The translations under genes were made by a program, and so were the position numbers. Shown here one piece after another: positions 1 through 9,786 of a DNA stretch of 47,217 bases; within the stretch, counting starts at the first letter, position 1, and each line of letters opens with the position of its first letter. Source of the DNA: Opitutales bacterium (GTDB taxonomy: Bacteria > Verrucomicrobiota > Verrucomicrobiia > Opitutales > JABSRG01); contig JBMYOQ010000028.1 of NCBI GenBank assembly GCA_049599475.1, positions 1 to 47,217 of the forward strand, read 5' to 3'. The notes under the pieces were generated by a model. That model had not been told where the DNA came from. It saw only the letters and a list, made by a program, of their open reading frames with translations, and ran no database searches.

Positions 1-669
1 CGTAGACAAAACCATATAACCATAAAGCTCAATAATTATTCGAACTGGTATTAGAGCTATGGCTTTCTCAAAAGTATTTTCGTAAACAAATGGTAGGGCG
101 AACATAATTTTGAGCAAAAATCTTCATCCAATGAATGGAAAGAAAATACGCGGATCTCACATTCTTCCATAGAAGGCAGATACAACACCAACGCGCCGCA
201 TTATATGTTTTTTACAACACCCCTCCCCCTACAGCCTCCTACAACCGTCAAACTGTATAATTTATAGAATTCAACTATGGACCCATATCGAAGCAGAATC
301 ATGCAGGAAAAGACACATCTGTTTTGCTAAAAAGGCCTATCGATACGCGAATATTAAAAAGAACTAAAGACCCTAAGCCTCGAAAAAAAGACGACCCTAA
401 AAGCCTGCAATAATCGGATATCACCGAAAATTCCAAGATATAGATCTCTGCATTCCTTCTCTCAAAATACATGTAGCGACACTGTTGATACGTTTCGCGA
501 CAGCGATTTTTCGGAATTCGTTTTTTATAATAAAATAGCCCCAAAACAGGCGGTTATGTATTGATAAATCAGACGACTTTTGTATTAACATTTAATTAAC
601 AAAAGCCTCTCGCTCCATCCAGTTCTGAACAAATAAGTTCAGTCAAAGATTCAACTCCCCGTAGGATTT

Positions 670-1188
670 ATGAAAGAATCCAAGATTCCCCCATCTTCGA
701 AAACTAGAGGTAGTTCAGGATTTTCACTCATTGAGGTAATGGTATCTTTATTCATTTTCTCGATGGCTGCCGTTTCGTTGTCAGCTGGACTGCTCACAAC
801 ACGTAAACTAAGTGAGGAGAATATCTACCAATCGACGGTTCTCACAGTTGTCACTGGCTTTGTCGAGCAAGCTAAGTCTTTGAACTTCGCAGAGCTTGAG
901 TCATTCGCCGATGGCAATGCTTCCAGCATGGATTTTCTGGTGAGCAACAATACTTTAGTTTCACTTCAGAACGACCAAGAGACTGTAGTTCAGATTCCGA
1001 TCGATACCACAGATGATTCAAATCGCGTGATCACGGTAGATCTCTACATCCGTCTCAAGGTCAGCGATGTTTCAGACTACGAAGCGGTCCAAGTGGACAT
1101 CATGTATGGCTATGCTGCTCCGCTATCCCAGCGCTTTATTTGCAGCTCGGTCTCAACAATCATTTCCGACGTTCCCACATTCTCCTAA
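670..1188 (+). CDS. Prepilin-type N-terminal cleavage/methylation domain protein (PilV-like minor pilin)
   Basis: Class III signal SG|FSLIEVMVSLFIFSMAAV: Gly at -1, Phe at +1, Glu at +5, then a hydrophobic helix. Confidence 0.85.
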   Translation: MKESKIPPSSKTRGSSGFSLIEVMVSLFIFSMAAVSLSAGLLTTRKLSEENIYQSTVLTVVTGFVEQAKSLNFAELESFADGNASSMDFLVSNNTLVSLQNDQETVVQIPIDTTDDSNRVITVDLYIRLKVSDVSDYEAVQVDIMYGYAAPLSQRFICSSVSTIISDVPTFS

Positions 1189-1201
1189 CTCTGATCCGCC
1201 C

Positions 1202-1849
1202 ATGCATTCCCCGAAACCAAACACTTCAGGATTCACGCTGGTCGAGATTATGGTGACCACCTTCATCTCAAGCATAGTCCTTGCGATGGTAGCAGGTATC
1301 ACCCTCGAGTCCTCAGTCACAATGTTTAAGACGCAGCATAAGCTTGGCATTAATTCTGACATTCGCGAACTCACTCAAAAATTGTTTCTAGAGGCCAGAG
1401 CCTCCAACACATTCTATGTATACAACTCGATCAGCAAATCAGATCGAGAAGATGTCTCGGACCGCAAGGACGATGGAGAGTCTGGAGATATGATCGCTCT
1501 CTTCCAGCTCGAGCCCCACCCCACTATTCTCGACCCCGAACATGCGACTGGAATCATCATATATCATTGGGAAACAGTGGATGGCGGGGAGAGTCCGATC
1601 ATGAGAATAGAACACACATTTTCGAGCCCGATGGATTTCTCCGAATCGAGCCCAGAGGCCCTCCTAGATGTCGCCGTAAATCAAGGCTCATCCGAGACTT
1701 TAGTTGCCCATGCCCAAGGCCTCGTCAACGGACACCTATTTCACAATTCACGCGGAAAGACTGTCATTGTGAATGGCCAAATCATTCACGGAAACAGCGC
1801 TAAGGAAGTCACTGATACCTACGGCTTCGCAATTTCTCCTCGCGGATAA
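1202..1849 (+). CDS. Prepilin-type protein (PilW-like minor pilin)
   Basis: SG|FTLVEIMV motif. Start moved from 1067 to the in-frame ATG at 1202, 13 nt after the upstream stop. Confidence 0.85.
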   Translation: MHSPKPNTSGFTLVEIMVTTFISSIVLAMVAGITLESSVTMFKTQHKLGINSDIRELTQKLFLEARASNTFYVYNSISKSDREDVSDRKDDGESGDMIALFQLEPHPTILDPEHATGIIIYHWETVDGGESPIMRIEHTFSSPMDFSESSPEALLDVAVNQGSSETLVAHAQGLVNGHLFHNSRGKTVIVNGQIIHGNSAKEVTDTYGFAISPRG

Positions 1850-1863
1850 TCCCAGAACACACG

Positions 1864-4152
1864 ATGGACCCAACACACGCCCGATTAGAACGCTGCCGAG
1901 GAGCCACTCTGTTAGCGGTGATGATGATCACCTCGACGATCGCCATAGTGTTGGCTTCCCTTTACTCCTATTCGTTAACAGAGAAGAAACTCAATGTAGC
2001 CTCAGAGGCTCAGTTGATTGCGCGGCAAGCAGCAGAAGCTACCGCCGAATATGGCTTCGCTCAACTCACCGATCGATTCACTGCTCAGTCCTCATTCCCT
2101 CCGAATCATCTGAAGCCCACCGAGGCCCCCCTGGAGTTGCCGTCTGAATTTTTGAATATATTCAGCAAAGGCGCATCGGGAAATGGGGCCGAGATGTCCC
2201 TCTCAATCGGCGACGGCACCTCACGAGACTGGGGGCTGCAATCCGTGATAACGCCCTCGAATGGGTTCAACCCTCAAGCCAACTGGGGCTCCCAAGAGCT
2301 GGAACTCATCGGAGGAGAAATTGCCACTCCCGGCTGGACCTATATTGATCCCGACATCCCCGGAAACGAACAGGATCCCCTGGTAAACCAGCGAGTCTTT
2401 AAGCGCTTCGTCAAAGTGTTCTCGAAGGCAACCGTGGAGAGCGGCTTGGGTAAAGATGTGACAGCCTACACCAGCCAAAACCTAGAAATCCGCGACGTTC
2501 CCCTCTTCGCCTACGCAATTTTCTACAACGGAATGCCTCTTGAAATCGCTCCCGGCCCCGCGATGGACATTCATGGCCCCGTGCACTCCAACTCCGATAT
2601 TTATGTCAGAAGCCACTCCGGTCTAGTCTTCCATGACAAAATCACCACCGCCAGCGATCTCTTCATTGGAAGACACACCGAATATCACCGTAACGGAAAG
2701 CCCGTTAAGGAATCCGAAGATATCAACGTCTCGATTTTGGACGGCTCCGGAACTCCCGTACCGATGGAGCCCACCAAGGATAGCAGCGATTCCCAATGGC
2801 GCACCTACGCCAACCAACGTTGGGACTATCAAGTGCAGACCCAAGATCACGGGATATCTCCGCAGACCCCTCGAGGCGTATTGCAGCGCGAGCATTCAGG
2901 GCGCAACGGACGCATCGACTGGAGCTCGACCAACTACTCTTACAACCTTATCCAACCTCTGGTTAGCCCCGCAGAGATAGACAATCTCGCCTCACAATTC
3001 CCAAGCCTCACCGAGGCACAGATAGAAGCTAGACGGAAAATCGAAACCGAGAAATATGCGCACAAGGCCGGACTCGTGCTTGAGTATGACGGCAGCGAGG
3101 TAAGTGCTTATACCTACCAACGCGATTCAGACGGGCTCGTTGAATTTGATAATGCTTCGAACACACCAGACATCATCTCTTTCGAATTAGACTCAGACGA
3201 TCAGTTCTGGAAAGTGAACACGGAAGGAGAGTTCACTGATGCCAGGGAGAACGCGTCTCCAGATCTTATCGAGATCGACGTAGGGGCCCTAAAGGCACTC
3301 TTGGACGCAAATGATGCATCTGACTGGGGCGGCGACGAGGAAGTGGAAAACGCTGCGGAAGCCATCTACAATTCAGCAAGAACCCCAGAAAACTTCTGGA
3401 ATGGGGTCGTCTACATCAAAGCACCTCTCGATTCATCGAAAACTCCGCGTATTGACGGCGTCCACCCCGCCGATCCAAACGTAGCGGTACGCCTGTTGAA
3501 TGGCAGCGAAATCCCAAATCCCGACTTCGCAGCAAGCTCCGGGAATTACGGTGCCACCTTCGCCACAAACACGCACCTGTATGTGCAAGGCCATTTCAAC
3601 GCAGACGGCATGACAAACTCCGGGGGCTCCAGGCTACCTGATGATTCCACGAATTTTGCACTTCCAGGAGAAGAAGCACCCGCCTCCCTCGTCGCCGACG
3701 CCATTACGATTCTGAGTCCAGCCTGGGATGACGATGAATCGGACGAAGACATGGAAGACAGAAAAGCCGAATTCACCGAAATATCGGCAGCTCTGCTCAC
3801 TGGCCAAGTGCCCAGCAACTATTACGGACAAAGCAACTACAGCGGAGGTGTCGAAAATTTGCCAAGATTCCTCGAAGACTGGCGCGATGTTACCCTGCGA
3901 CTACGCGGCTCGCTCGTGGGCCTATTCAATAGTGAAGTCGCCACCGAGCGCTGGGGCAAAGCAGACGTATACGTCCCTCCCACACGCGATTGGGGTTTCC
4001 ACGACAAATTCCAAGCTGAAGGCTTCTTTCCTCCAGGCACCCCCAACGCACGCACATTTACACGCTCCCGCTTTACCGACTTGAATCAAGCAGACTACGT
4101 TGAGGAAATCACAGAGCTAGCGGATCTTTGGGATCTCACTACGGCCTACTAG
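1864..4152 (+). CDS. Large PilX-like protein (pilin-like N-terminus plus large extracellular domain)
   Basis: N-terminal RG|ATLLAVMMITSTIAIVLASL lacks Glu+5, as in PilX/GspK, and is followed by A..AAEA..EYG. 762 aa, third gene of the pilin trio. Confidence 0.7.
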   Translation: MDPTHARLERCRGATLLAVMMITSTIAIVLASLYSYSLTEKKLNVASEAQLIARQAAEATAEYGFAQLTDRFTAQSSFPPNHLKPTEAPLELPSEFLNIFSKGASGNGAEMSLSIGDGTSRDWGLQSVITPSNGFNPQANWGSQELELIGGEIATPGWTYIDPDIPGNEQDPLVNQRVFKRFVKVFSKATVESGLGKDVTAYTSQNLEIRDVPLFAYAIFYNGMPLEIAPGPAMDIHGPVHSNSDIYVRSHSGLVFHDKITTASDLFIGRHTEYHRNGKPVKESEDINVSILDGSGTPVPMEPTKDSSDSQWRTYANQRWDYQVQTQDHGISPQTPRGVLQREHSGRNGRIDWSSTNYSYNLIQPLVSPAEIDNLASQFPSLTEAQIEARRKIETEKYAHKAGLVLEYDGSEVSAYTYQRDSDGLVEFDNASNTPDIISFELDSDDQFWKVNTEGEFTDARENASPDLIEIDVGALKALLDANDASDWGGDEEVENAAEAIYNSARTPENFWNGVVYIKAPLDSSKTPRIDGVHPADPNVAVRLLNGSEIPNPDFAASSGNYGATFATNTHLYVQGHFNADGMTNSGGSRLPDDSTNFALPGEEAPASLVADAITILSPAWDDDESDEDMEDRKAEFTEISAALLTGQVPSNYYGQSNYSGGVENLPRFLEDWRDVTLRLRGSLVGLFNSEVATERWGKADVYVPPTRDWGFHDKFQAEGFFPPGTPNARTFTRSRFTDLNQADYVEEITELADLWDLTTAY

Positions 4153-4372
4153 ACATCCGAAACTCCAAGAGTTTACTACGACGAAGCTGTAGCCCTCACG
4201 GGATGATACCGATCTCTCAGGTAGACATTCAGCAAATCTTCCGTTCGCAATGGATTTGGGTCGCTTAGCAGTTTCAAAATCCAAGAGATGCGCGAACCCT
4301 AGGAAGGGCTCAGCCTATCCAATGCTCTAAGGTGTAGACTCATGCTGGATACCTGAGGTCAGCCAAGTTCAG

Positions 4373-4396
4373 TTTGTTCATTTTTTTTTGAACAAA
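4373..4396. promoter_or_regulatory. Palindromic operator candidate TTTGTTCA-N8-TGAACAAA upstream of cysC
   Basis: Perfect 8-bp inverted arms about 100 nt before the cysC ATG. Same TTCA-N8-TGAA core as 33373-33392. Confidence 0.55.
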
Positions 4397-4494
4397 ATGT
4401 TTACTTTTATAAATCAGCCCATATACCCAAGATTAAGTTTTGTTCGCATTGGGCCCGAAACCTGCCCACGCTTTCGCGCTGAAAAAATTAAGCT

Positions 4495-5073
4495 ATGGCT
4501 GAAAACATCTATACAGAGTTCCACCGCATGCTTGGCCGGCCTGATAAGGAGTCCCTTCTCAGCCAAAAAGGTAAGGTTCTTTGGCTATACGGCCTTTCGG
4601 GATCCGGAAAGAGCACCATTGCCAACGCCGCGGAACGCAAACTTCACGAGCAGGGACGTTTCACTCAAATTCTCGACGGAGACAATATTCGCTCAGGCTT
4701 GAACGGAGATCTCGGGTTCTCGGATGAGGATCGATTGGAAAATATCCGCCGCATCTCTGAGGTCGCAAAGCTGTTCCTCAACGCTGGCTGCATTACCTTA
4801 ACCTCTTTCATCACTCCCAAGGCCGAGCTGCGCGAGATGGCTCGCAAGATTGTGGGGCCTGAGGATTTCGTAGAAGTCTACGTGCACGCCTCGTTCGAAA
4901 CCTGCGCAGACCGCGATGTGAAAGGGCTCTACGCGAAGGCAAAAGCTGGCGGCGTAAAACATTTCACAGGCAAAGACTCATCATTCGAAGTCCCGGAGAA
5001 ACCAGATCTCTTGTTAGATACCGAGAAATACGATCTGGAAACCTGCGTAGATCAACTTTTGGCAATCCTCTAA
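4495..5073 (+). CDS. cysC: Adenylyl-sulfate (APS) kinase
   Basis: WLYGLSGSGKSTIA P-loop, LDGDNIR, DRLENIRR and RDVKGLYAKA motifs. Confidence 0.95.
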   Translation: MAENIYTEFHRMLGRPDKESLLSQKGKVLWLYGLSGSGKSTIANAAERKLHEQGRFTQILDGDNIRSGLNGDLGFSDEDRLENIRRISEVAKLFLNAGCITLTSFITPKAELREMARKIVGPEDFVEVYVHASFETCADRDVKGLYAKAKAGGVKHFTGKDSSFEVPEKPDLLLDTEKYDLETCVDQLLAIL

Positions 5074-5091
5074 CTCTCTCAATTTATTGCT

Positions 5092-5997
5092 ATGAACGAC
5101 TATACAATCAGTCACTTACGACAACTTGAAAGCGAGGCGATTTATATCCTCCGCGAGACAGCAGCCCAGTTTGAAAAGCCGGTGCTCATGTTCTCAGGCG
5201 GCAAGGACTCGATCGTGATGACACACTTGGCTTACAAAGCCTTCTGGCCATCGCGCATCCCATTTCCGCTTCTTCACGTAGACACCGGACACAATTTCCC
5301 AGAAACCATCGTCTATCGTGACGACATGGCTAAGAAATTGAATTGCCGCCTTGAGGTAGCATCCGTCCAAGAAGCGATCGATGATGGACGTGTCGCCGAA
5401 GAAACCGGTCCAGGCGCTTCACGCAATTTCCTCCAAATTCAAACCCTTCTCGACTGGTTGGAAGAATACCAGGCAGATGCCGCACTCGGTGGGGCACGTC
5501 GCGACGAAGAAAAGGCACGTGCGAAGGAGCGCTTCTTCTCACACCGCGACGCTTTCGGACAGTGGGATCCTAAGAACCAGCGCCCAGAGCTCTGGAATCT
5601 CTTCAATGGCCGCAAAGACCACGGCGAGCATTTCCGTATTTTCCCTCTCTCGAACTTCACCGAGATGGACATTTGGCAATACATCAAGCTCGAGAAGATC
5701 GAACTCCCGAACCTCTATTTTGCACACAAGCGCGACTGCGTAATCCGCAACGGAACAATCCTCGCGGTTTCCGAATTCGTCCAACCAGAAGAAGGCGAAG
5801 AAGTGCACAACATGCAAATCCGCTTCCGCACCATGGGTGATGCCACCATCACCGGTGCTGTCGAGAGTGACGCAGACGACTACGATAAGATCATCGGCGA
5901 AGTCGCTGCAGCCCGCCAGACCGAGCGTGGCAACCGCGCAGACGACAAGCGCTCCGAAGCCGCTATGGAAGACCGCAAAAAACAGGGCTACTTCTAA
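5092..5997 (+). CDS. cysD: Sulfate adenylyltransferase subunit 2
   Basis: LESEAIYILRE, FSGGKDS, GGARRDEEKARAKER, C-terminal MEDRKKQGYF. Confidence 0.97.
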   Translation: MNDYTISHLRQLESEAIYILRETAAQFEKPVLMFSGGKDSIVMTHLAYKAFWPSRIPFPLLHVDTGHNFPETIVYRDDMAKKLNCRLEVASVQEAIDDGRVAEETGPGASRNFLQIQTLLDWLEEYQADAALGGARRDEEKARAKERFFSHRDAFGQWDPKNQRPELWNLFNGRKDHGEHFRIFPLSNFTEMDIWQYIKLEKIELPNLYFAHKRDCVIRNGTILAVSEFVQPEEGEEVHNMQIRFRTMGDATITGAVESDADDYDKIIGEVAAARQTERGNRADDKRSEAAMEDRKKQGYF

Positions 5998-6047
5998 ACC
6001 GACGATCCAACAAAACAGCGTTTCAACCTTTTAATTTTTCAGCCGAA

Positions 6048-7322
6048 ATGAGCGAAAATCTAGAAAATTACGAAAGCATGGACCTCCTCCGTTTCACCAC
6101 GGCAGGATCTGTGGACGACGGTAAATCCACCTTGATCGGTCGCCTGCTTTACGATTCAAAATCCATTTTTGAAGACCAACTCGAGGCCATCGAGCAGTCC
6201 AGTAAGTCACGCGGTGACGAAAACGTGAACCTCGCCCTCCTCACCGACGGTCTCCGTTCGGAGCGCGAGCAAGGCATCACGATCGACGTGGCCTACCGCT
6301 ACTTCGCGACACCCAACCGCAAGTTCATCATCGCGGACACTCCTGGGCACACCCAGTACACTCGCAACATGGTGACCGGCGCCTCGACAGCGAACTTAGC
6401 GATCATTCTGATCGACGCGCGTAAGGGCGTAATCGAACAGACCATGCGCCACACTTTCATCGCCAACTTGCTCCGCATCCAGCACATCGCTGTATGCATC
6501 AACAAGATGGACTTGGTCGATTGGGGCGAAGAGACATACACCAAGATCAAGGAAGACTTCGAGACTTTCGCATCGCGCATGGGCAACATCGTCGATGTCG
6601 AGTTTATCCCGATCTCCGCTCTCAATGGAGATAACGTCGTAGACCGCTCGGAGAACATGCCTTGGTACAGCGGCCCGACGCTTCTTTACCACTTGGAAAA
6701 CGTCTATATTGGCGCCGATCACGACTTAGTAAATGCGCGTTTCCCAGTCCAATGGGTCATCCGTCCACACTCTGACAAGTGGCACGATTTTCGTGGATAC
6801 GCAGGCCGCGTAGCAGGGGGTGTATTCAAGCCAGGCGACGCTGTTTCAGTCCAACCATCCGGCTTCACATCCAAGATCAAAGCCATCCACACCGCTGACG
6901 GCGAAATCGAAGAGGCCTTCGCTCCGATGTCTGTCGCAATCACTCTCGAGGACGAAATCGATATTTCTCGCGGCAATATGCTCGTAAAGGAAAACAATCC
7001 TCCAACAGCGAGCCAGGATGTCGAAGCAATGATTTGCTGGTTTGCCGAAAAGCCACTGAACCCGAAGTCCAAGTTCTTCATTCGCCACACAACGAATGAA
7101 GCCAAAGCTTTGATCAAGGAAATCCGCTATAAGGTAAACATCAACACTTTGCACAAGATCGAGGACGATCTCGAGATCTCTCTCAATGAGATCGCGCGTA
7201 TCTCGATCCGCACGGCAAAGCCGATTTCTTTCGATAGCTACAAGAAGAATCGCGTGACTGGGTCATTCATCCTCGTCGACAGCCTCAGCAATGAGACCGT
7301 CGCTGCCGGCATGATCATCTAG
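6048..7322 (+). CDS. cysN: Sulfate adenylyltransferase subunit 1 (GTPase), no fused kinase domain
   Basis: GSVDDGKSTLIGRLL, EREQGITIDVAYRYF, DTPGH, NKMD. Ends TVAAGMII. Confidence 0.97.
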   Translation: MSENLENYESMDLLRFTTAGSVDDGKSTLIGRLLYDSKSIFEDQLEAIEQSSKSRGDENVNLALLTDGLRSEREQGITIDVAYRYFATPNRKFIIADTPGHTQYTRNMVTGASTANLAIILIDARKGVIEQTMRHTFIANLLRIQHIAVCINKMDLVDWGEETYTKIKEDFETFASRMGNIVDVEFIPISALNGDNVVDRSENMPWYSGPTLLYHLENVYIGADHDLVNARFPVQWVIRPHSDKWHDFRGYAGRVAGGVFKPGDAVSVQPSGFTSKIKAIHTADGEIEEAFAPMSVAITLEDEIDISRGNMLVKENNPPTASQDVEAMICWFAEKPLNPKSKFFIRHTTNEAKALIKEIRYKVNINTLHKIEDDLEISLNEIARISIRTAKPISFDSYKKNRVTGSFILVDSLSNETVAAGMII

Positions 7323-7349
7323 TCCAAATTCCCTTAAAAGAGAATTTAT

Positions 7350-7391
7350 AAGAGCGGCTCCGATTCTGATCAGAGCCGCTCTTTTCTGTTT
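7350..7391 (+). terminator. Intrinsic terminator after cysN
   Basis: AAGAGCGGCTC (7350-7360) pairs with GAGCCGCTCTT (7373-7383), followed by a T-rich tail. Confidence 0.75.
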
Positions 7392-7526
7392 CGAGGGGCT
7401 TATCCTCGAGAGTCTAAACGTTAATTAATCGTGAATCCTCACTAAATCGTTCGCTGAAAACGGTCGTTTGATGGAATTGGAAAGAATCATTCTATGCCTC
7501 CCGCCATCGCTCACCTTAACATCACA

Positions 7527-8597
7527 ATGCCTACGACGGAATACATCCTAGGGATCCTTGGCTTCGGTATTGCGATGCTGGTAAGCTAGATTACGACGCG
7601 TGGTATTCGCTCCTTAGCTATAAAAAAGGGCTGGTGCGACATGCCAGACCAGCGACGGATTCACAAGACGCCAATACCGCGCCTCGGAGGCATCGGTATC
7701 GCTGCCGGCTTCTTCACGGGCGTCGTTTTTTTCGCTATAATCGAGAGCGTAGCGCACGACCTCGACTTCTTTATCGTGATCCCCGATATCGAATTGATGC
7801 TAGGAGCAGCCCTGATGCTGGGAACCGGTATCTACGACGACCTCAGGGGCCTAAGAGCGAGGCAAAAGCTCTTTTTCCAGGCGATCGCCGCCACTGTCAT
7901 AGTCTTTTCGGGTTACCACTTCAACTTCGCCAACTATATCGAATTTGCCTTCGGCTGGGACCTCGCCTGGATCGACTATCCAATTTCAATCATTTGGATT
8001 CTCGCGATCATCAACGCACTGAATCTGATCGACGGCTTGGATGGCCTCGCCGGCGGTACATCGGTAATCGTCATCACCGCGATGACGCTCGCTGCAGCCC
8101 TCAACGGCTATGGGGCTGACATCGTGTTCGTATCCTCAATCATCGGTGCCTTATTCGGGTTCTTAGCGTTCAATCGCCATCCTGCTTCCATTTTTATGGG
8201 AGATAGCGGTAGCCTTTTTCTCGGGTTTTTACTCGCCACCTTCATGCTGCCCATCGAGGAGAATGCTAAATTGCAATTCTCACTTCTGGTGCCCGTCCTG
8301 GCCCTAGGACTGCCGATTCTAGATACCAGCCTAAGTATCATTCGAAGAATGCGCCGCGGCCAGGGCATCTTCACTGCAGATCGCGACCACATCCACCACC
8401 GTATGATGCAAGTAAGTCCGAACTACTCACGAGCTGTAAATGGCCTATACACCATCAGCTTCGTATTCGGATTAGGGGCCATCGTAATGGCGACCTTGTC
8501 TCGCTGGGAAAGCCTCCTTATCGCGAGCGGCATCATATTCATATTTACCATTCTGATAATCCTGAAACTCGGCTATTTCAAGAAAGCTGATCTTTGA
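7527..8597 (+). pseudogene. wecA: WecA/MraY-family undecaprenyl-phosphate sugar-1-phosphate transferase with an in-frame TAG at 7587-7589 (ORF intact from 7641)
   Basis: Motifs RRIHKTPIPRLGG, GIYDD, NALNLIDGLDGLA, IFMGDSGS, DRDHIHH. Upstream in-frame ATG 7527 gives MPTTEYILGILGFGIAMLVS*ITTRGIRSLAIKKGWCD, the expected first TM helix. Confidence 0.75.
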
Positions 8598-9786
8598 TCA
8601 ATTGCTCCCATTTCTCTAAACCAGATTTCTTAGAGAAATACTCCTGGTAAAAGCTAATTGCATTCGCGCCCATCGAATCACGTAGTGCTTTATCCGACAC
8701 AAGGTTCAGAACCGCCCTCTGAAAACCGTCAGCATCCCCACTCCTCACAACCAGGCCGAGCCCGTGCTCGACAATCATTCTGGCGAGTTCACATTCCGTA
8801 TCACCAACGAAAATACAGGGACGCCCCACACTACAAATCCCCGCAAACTTACTAGGGAAGACTAAAGAAGAAAATTGGGGGTAGAGCGACAACCAGTGTA
8901 TATCAATCGCCGATAGGCTATTAGCCGTCATTTCTCGCGGCGCAAACGGGACAAATTGTAATCCCGCGGAGCCATCGGAGCCCAATTCTCTAAACACCGA
9001 CAAACGCTTTCCACCTCCAACAAATACGAAGGGTATTTCCTGCAAGGCTGCACCCTTTTCAGCGAGCGCCTCGTAAACCGTATCAGAATCATGCACATGA
9101 CCCAGGTTCCCCGAATACCCTACCAAAACATCGTCTTCAGACACGTCCCAATCAGATCTCAATTCATGAATCGCTCCTTCGGACACCTCCAATTCTTCAA
9201 CAGGCGACCAATTTGGAATCACAGCCGAAAGCTCTGACGACTTCTTGAAAAACTGTCCCATTTCTTCTGAAAGACTCACAACCACAGGCGTGCCTGCTAA
9301 GCTCCGATTCCTCAACCAGATCAGCGGAGCCAGCGCCCATTTCTTCCAGATGCTTTGGGTCGTCTCGGTGATGATCTCCGGGAATACATCCATACTCCAA
9401 TGAATGGATTTTAACTTCGGAAAAAATAGACGCAGCCAACTATGCACCAGCGGTGGGTCTGTTAGGGTGATCAACAAGGAATCTTTATCCGCAATTCTTC
9501 GCACGAGACGCACCAGCCCCAAATAGAACAATAAGTAATCCCAAGCTCTCAACCAAAGCCGATACCGCCCAGCACCTGAGGAACTCAATCGATGAATCTG
9601 CACTCCCTCATGCACCTGTTGCCGAGGATACTTTTCGTTTCCCTGAATATATCCGCGCTCGCCCGTAATGACATTCACGTCATATCCGGCATTCGCTAAA
9701 TGCTCCGCGAGATCCGTAAGTAGCTGGGCCGTCGCCGATTCGTCAGGCCAGTAAAAACGGTTAATAAGAATGATATTTCTTCTCAC
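8578..9786 (-). CDS. Glycosyltransferase family 4 (WcaI/WbuB-like)
   Basis: INRFYWPDESATAQLLTDLA, YSGNLGHVHD, FPSKF motifs. Confidence 0.85.
   Translation of the reverse strand: MRRNIILINRFYWPDESATAQLLTDLAEHLANAGYDVNVITGERGYIQGNEKYPRQQVHEGVQIHRLSSSGAGRYRLWLRAWDYLLFYLGLVRLVRRIADKDSLLITLTDPPLVHSWLRLFFPKLKSIHWSMDVFPEIITETTQSIWKKWALAPLIWLRNRSLAGTPVVVSLSEEMGQFFKKSSELSAVIPNWSPVEELEVSEGAIHELRSDWDVSEDDVLVGYSGNLGHVHDSDTVYEALAEKGAALQEIPFVFVGGGKRLSVFRELGSDGSAGLQFVPFAPREMTANSLSAIDIHWLSLYPQFSSLVFPSKFAGICSVGRPCIFVGDTECELARMIVEHGLGLVVRSGDADGFQRAVLNLVSDKALRDSMGANAISFYQEYFSKKSGLEKWEQLIKDQLS

Noticed and set aside
625..642. CTGAAC-N6-GTTCAG inverted repeat upstream of the first pilin gene
   Set aside because: Only 6-bp arms, with orientation and spacing different from the TTCA-N8-TGAA motif. 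Not distinguishable from chance.
1..669. ORF 299..544 (-) and a short minus-strand frame running off the left edge
   Set aside because: AT-rich, no recognisable motifs, weak start. More likely the promoter region of the pilin cassette.
7587..7589. Genome-wide amber recoding or pyrrolysine as the explanation for the wecA TAG
   Set aside because: TAG is a true stop elsewhere in the window: cysN ends at its conserved AGMII C-terminus with TAG, and ppx and the PilX-like gene also end in TAG. No pyl genes are present.
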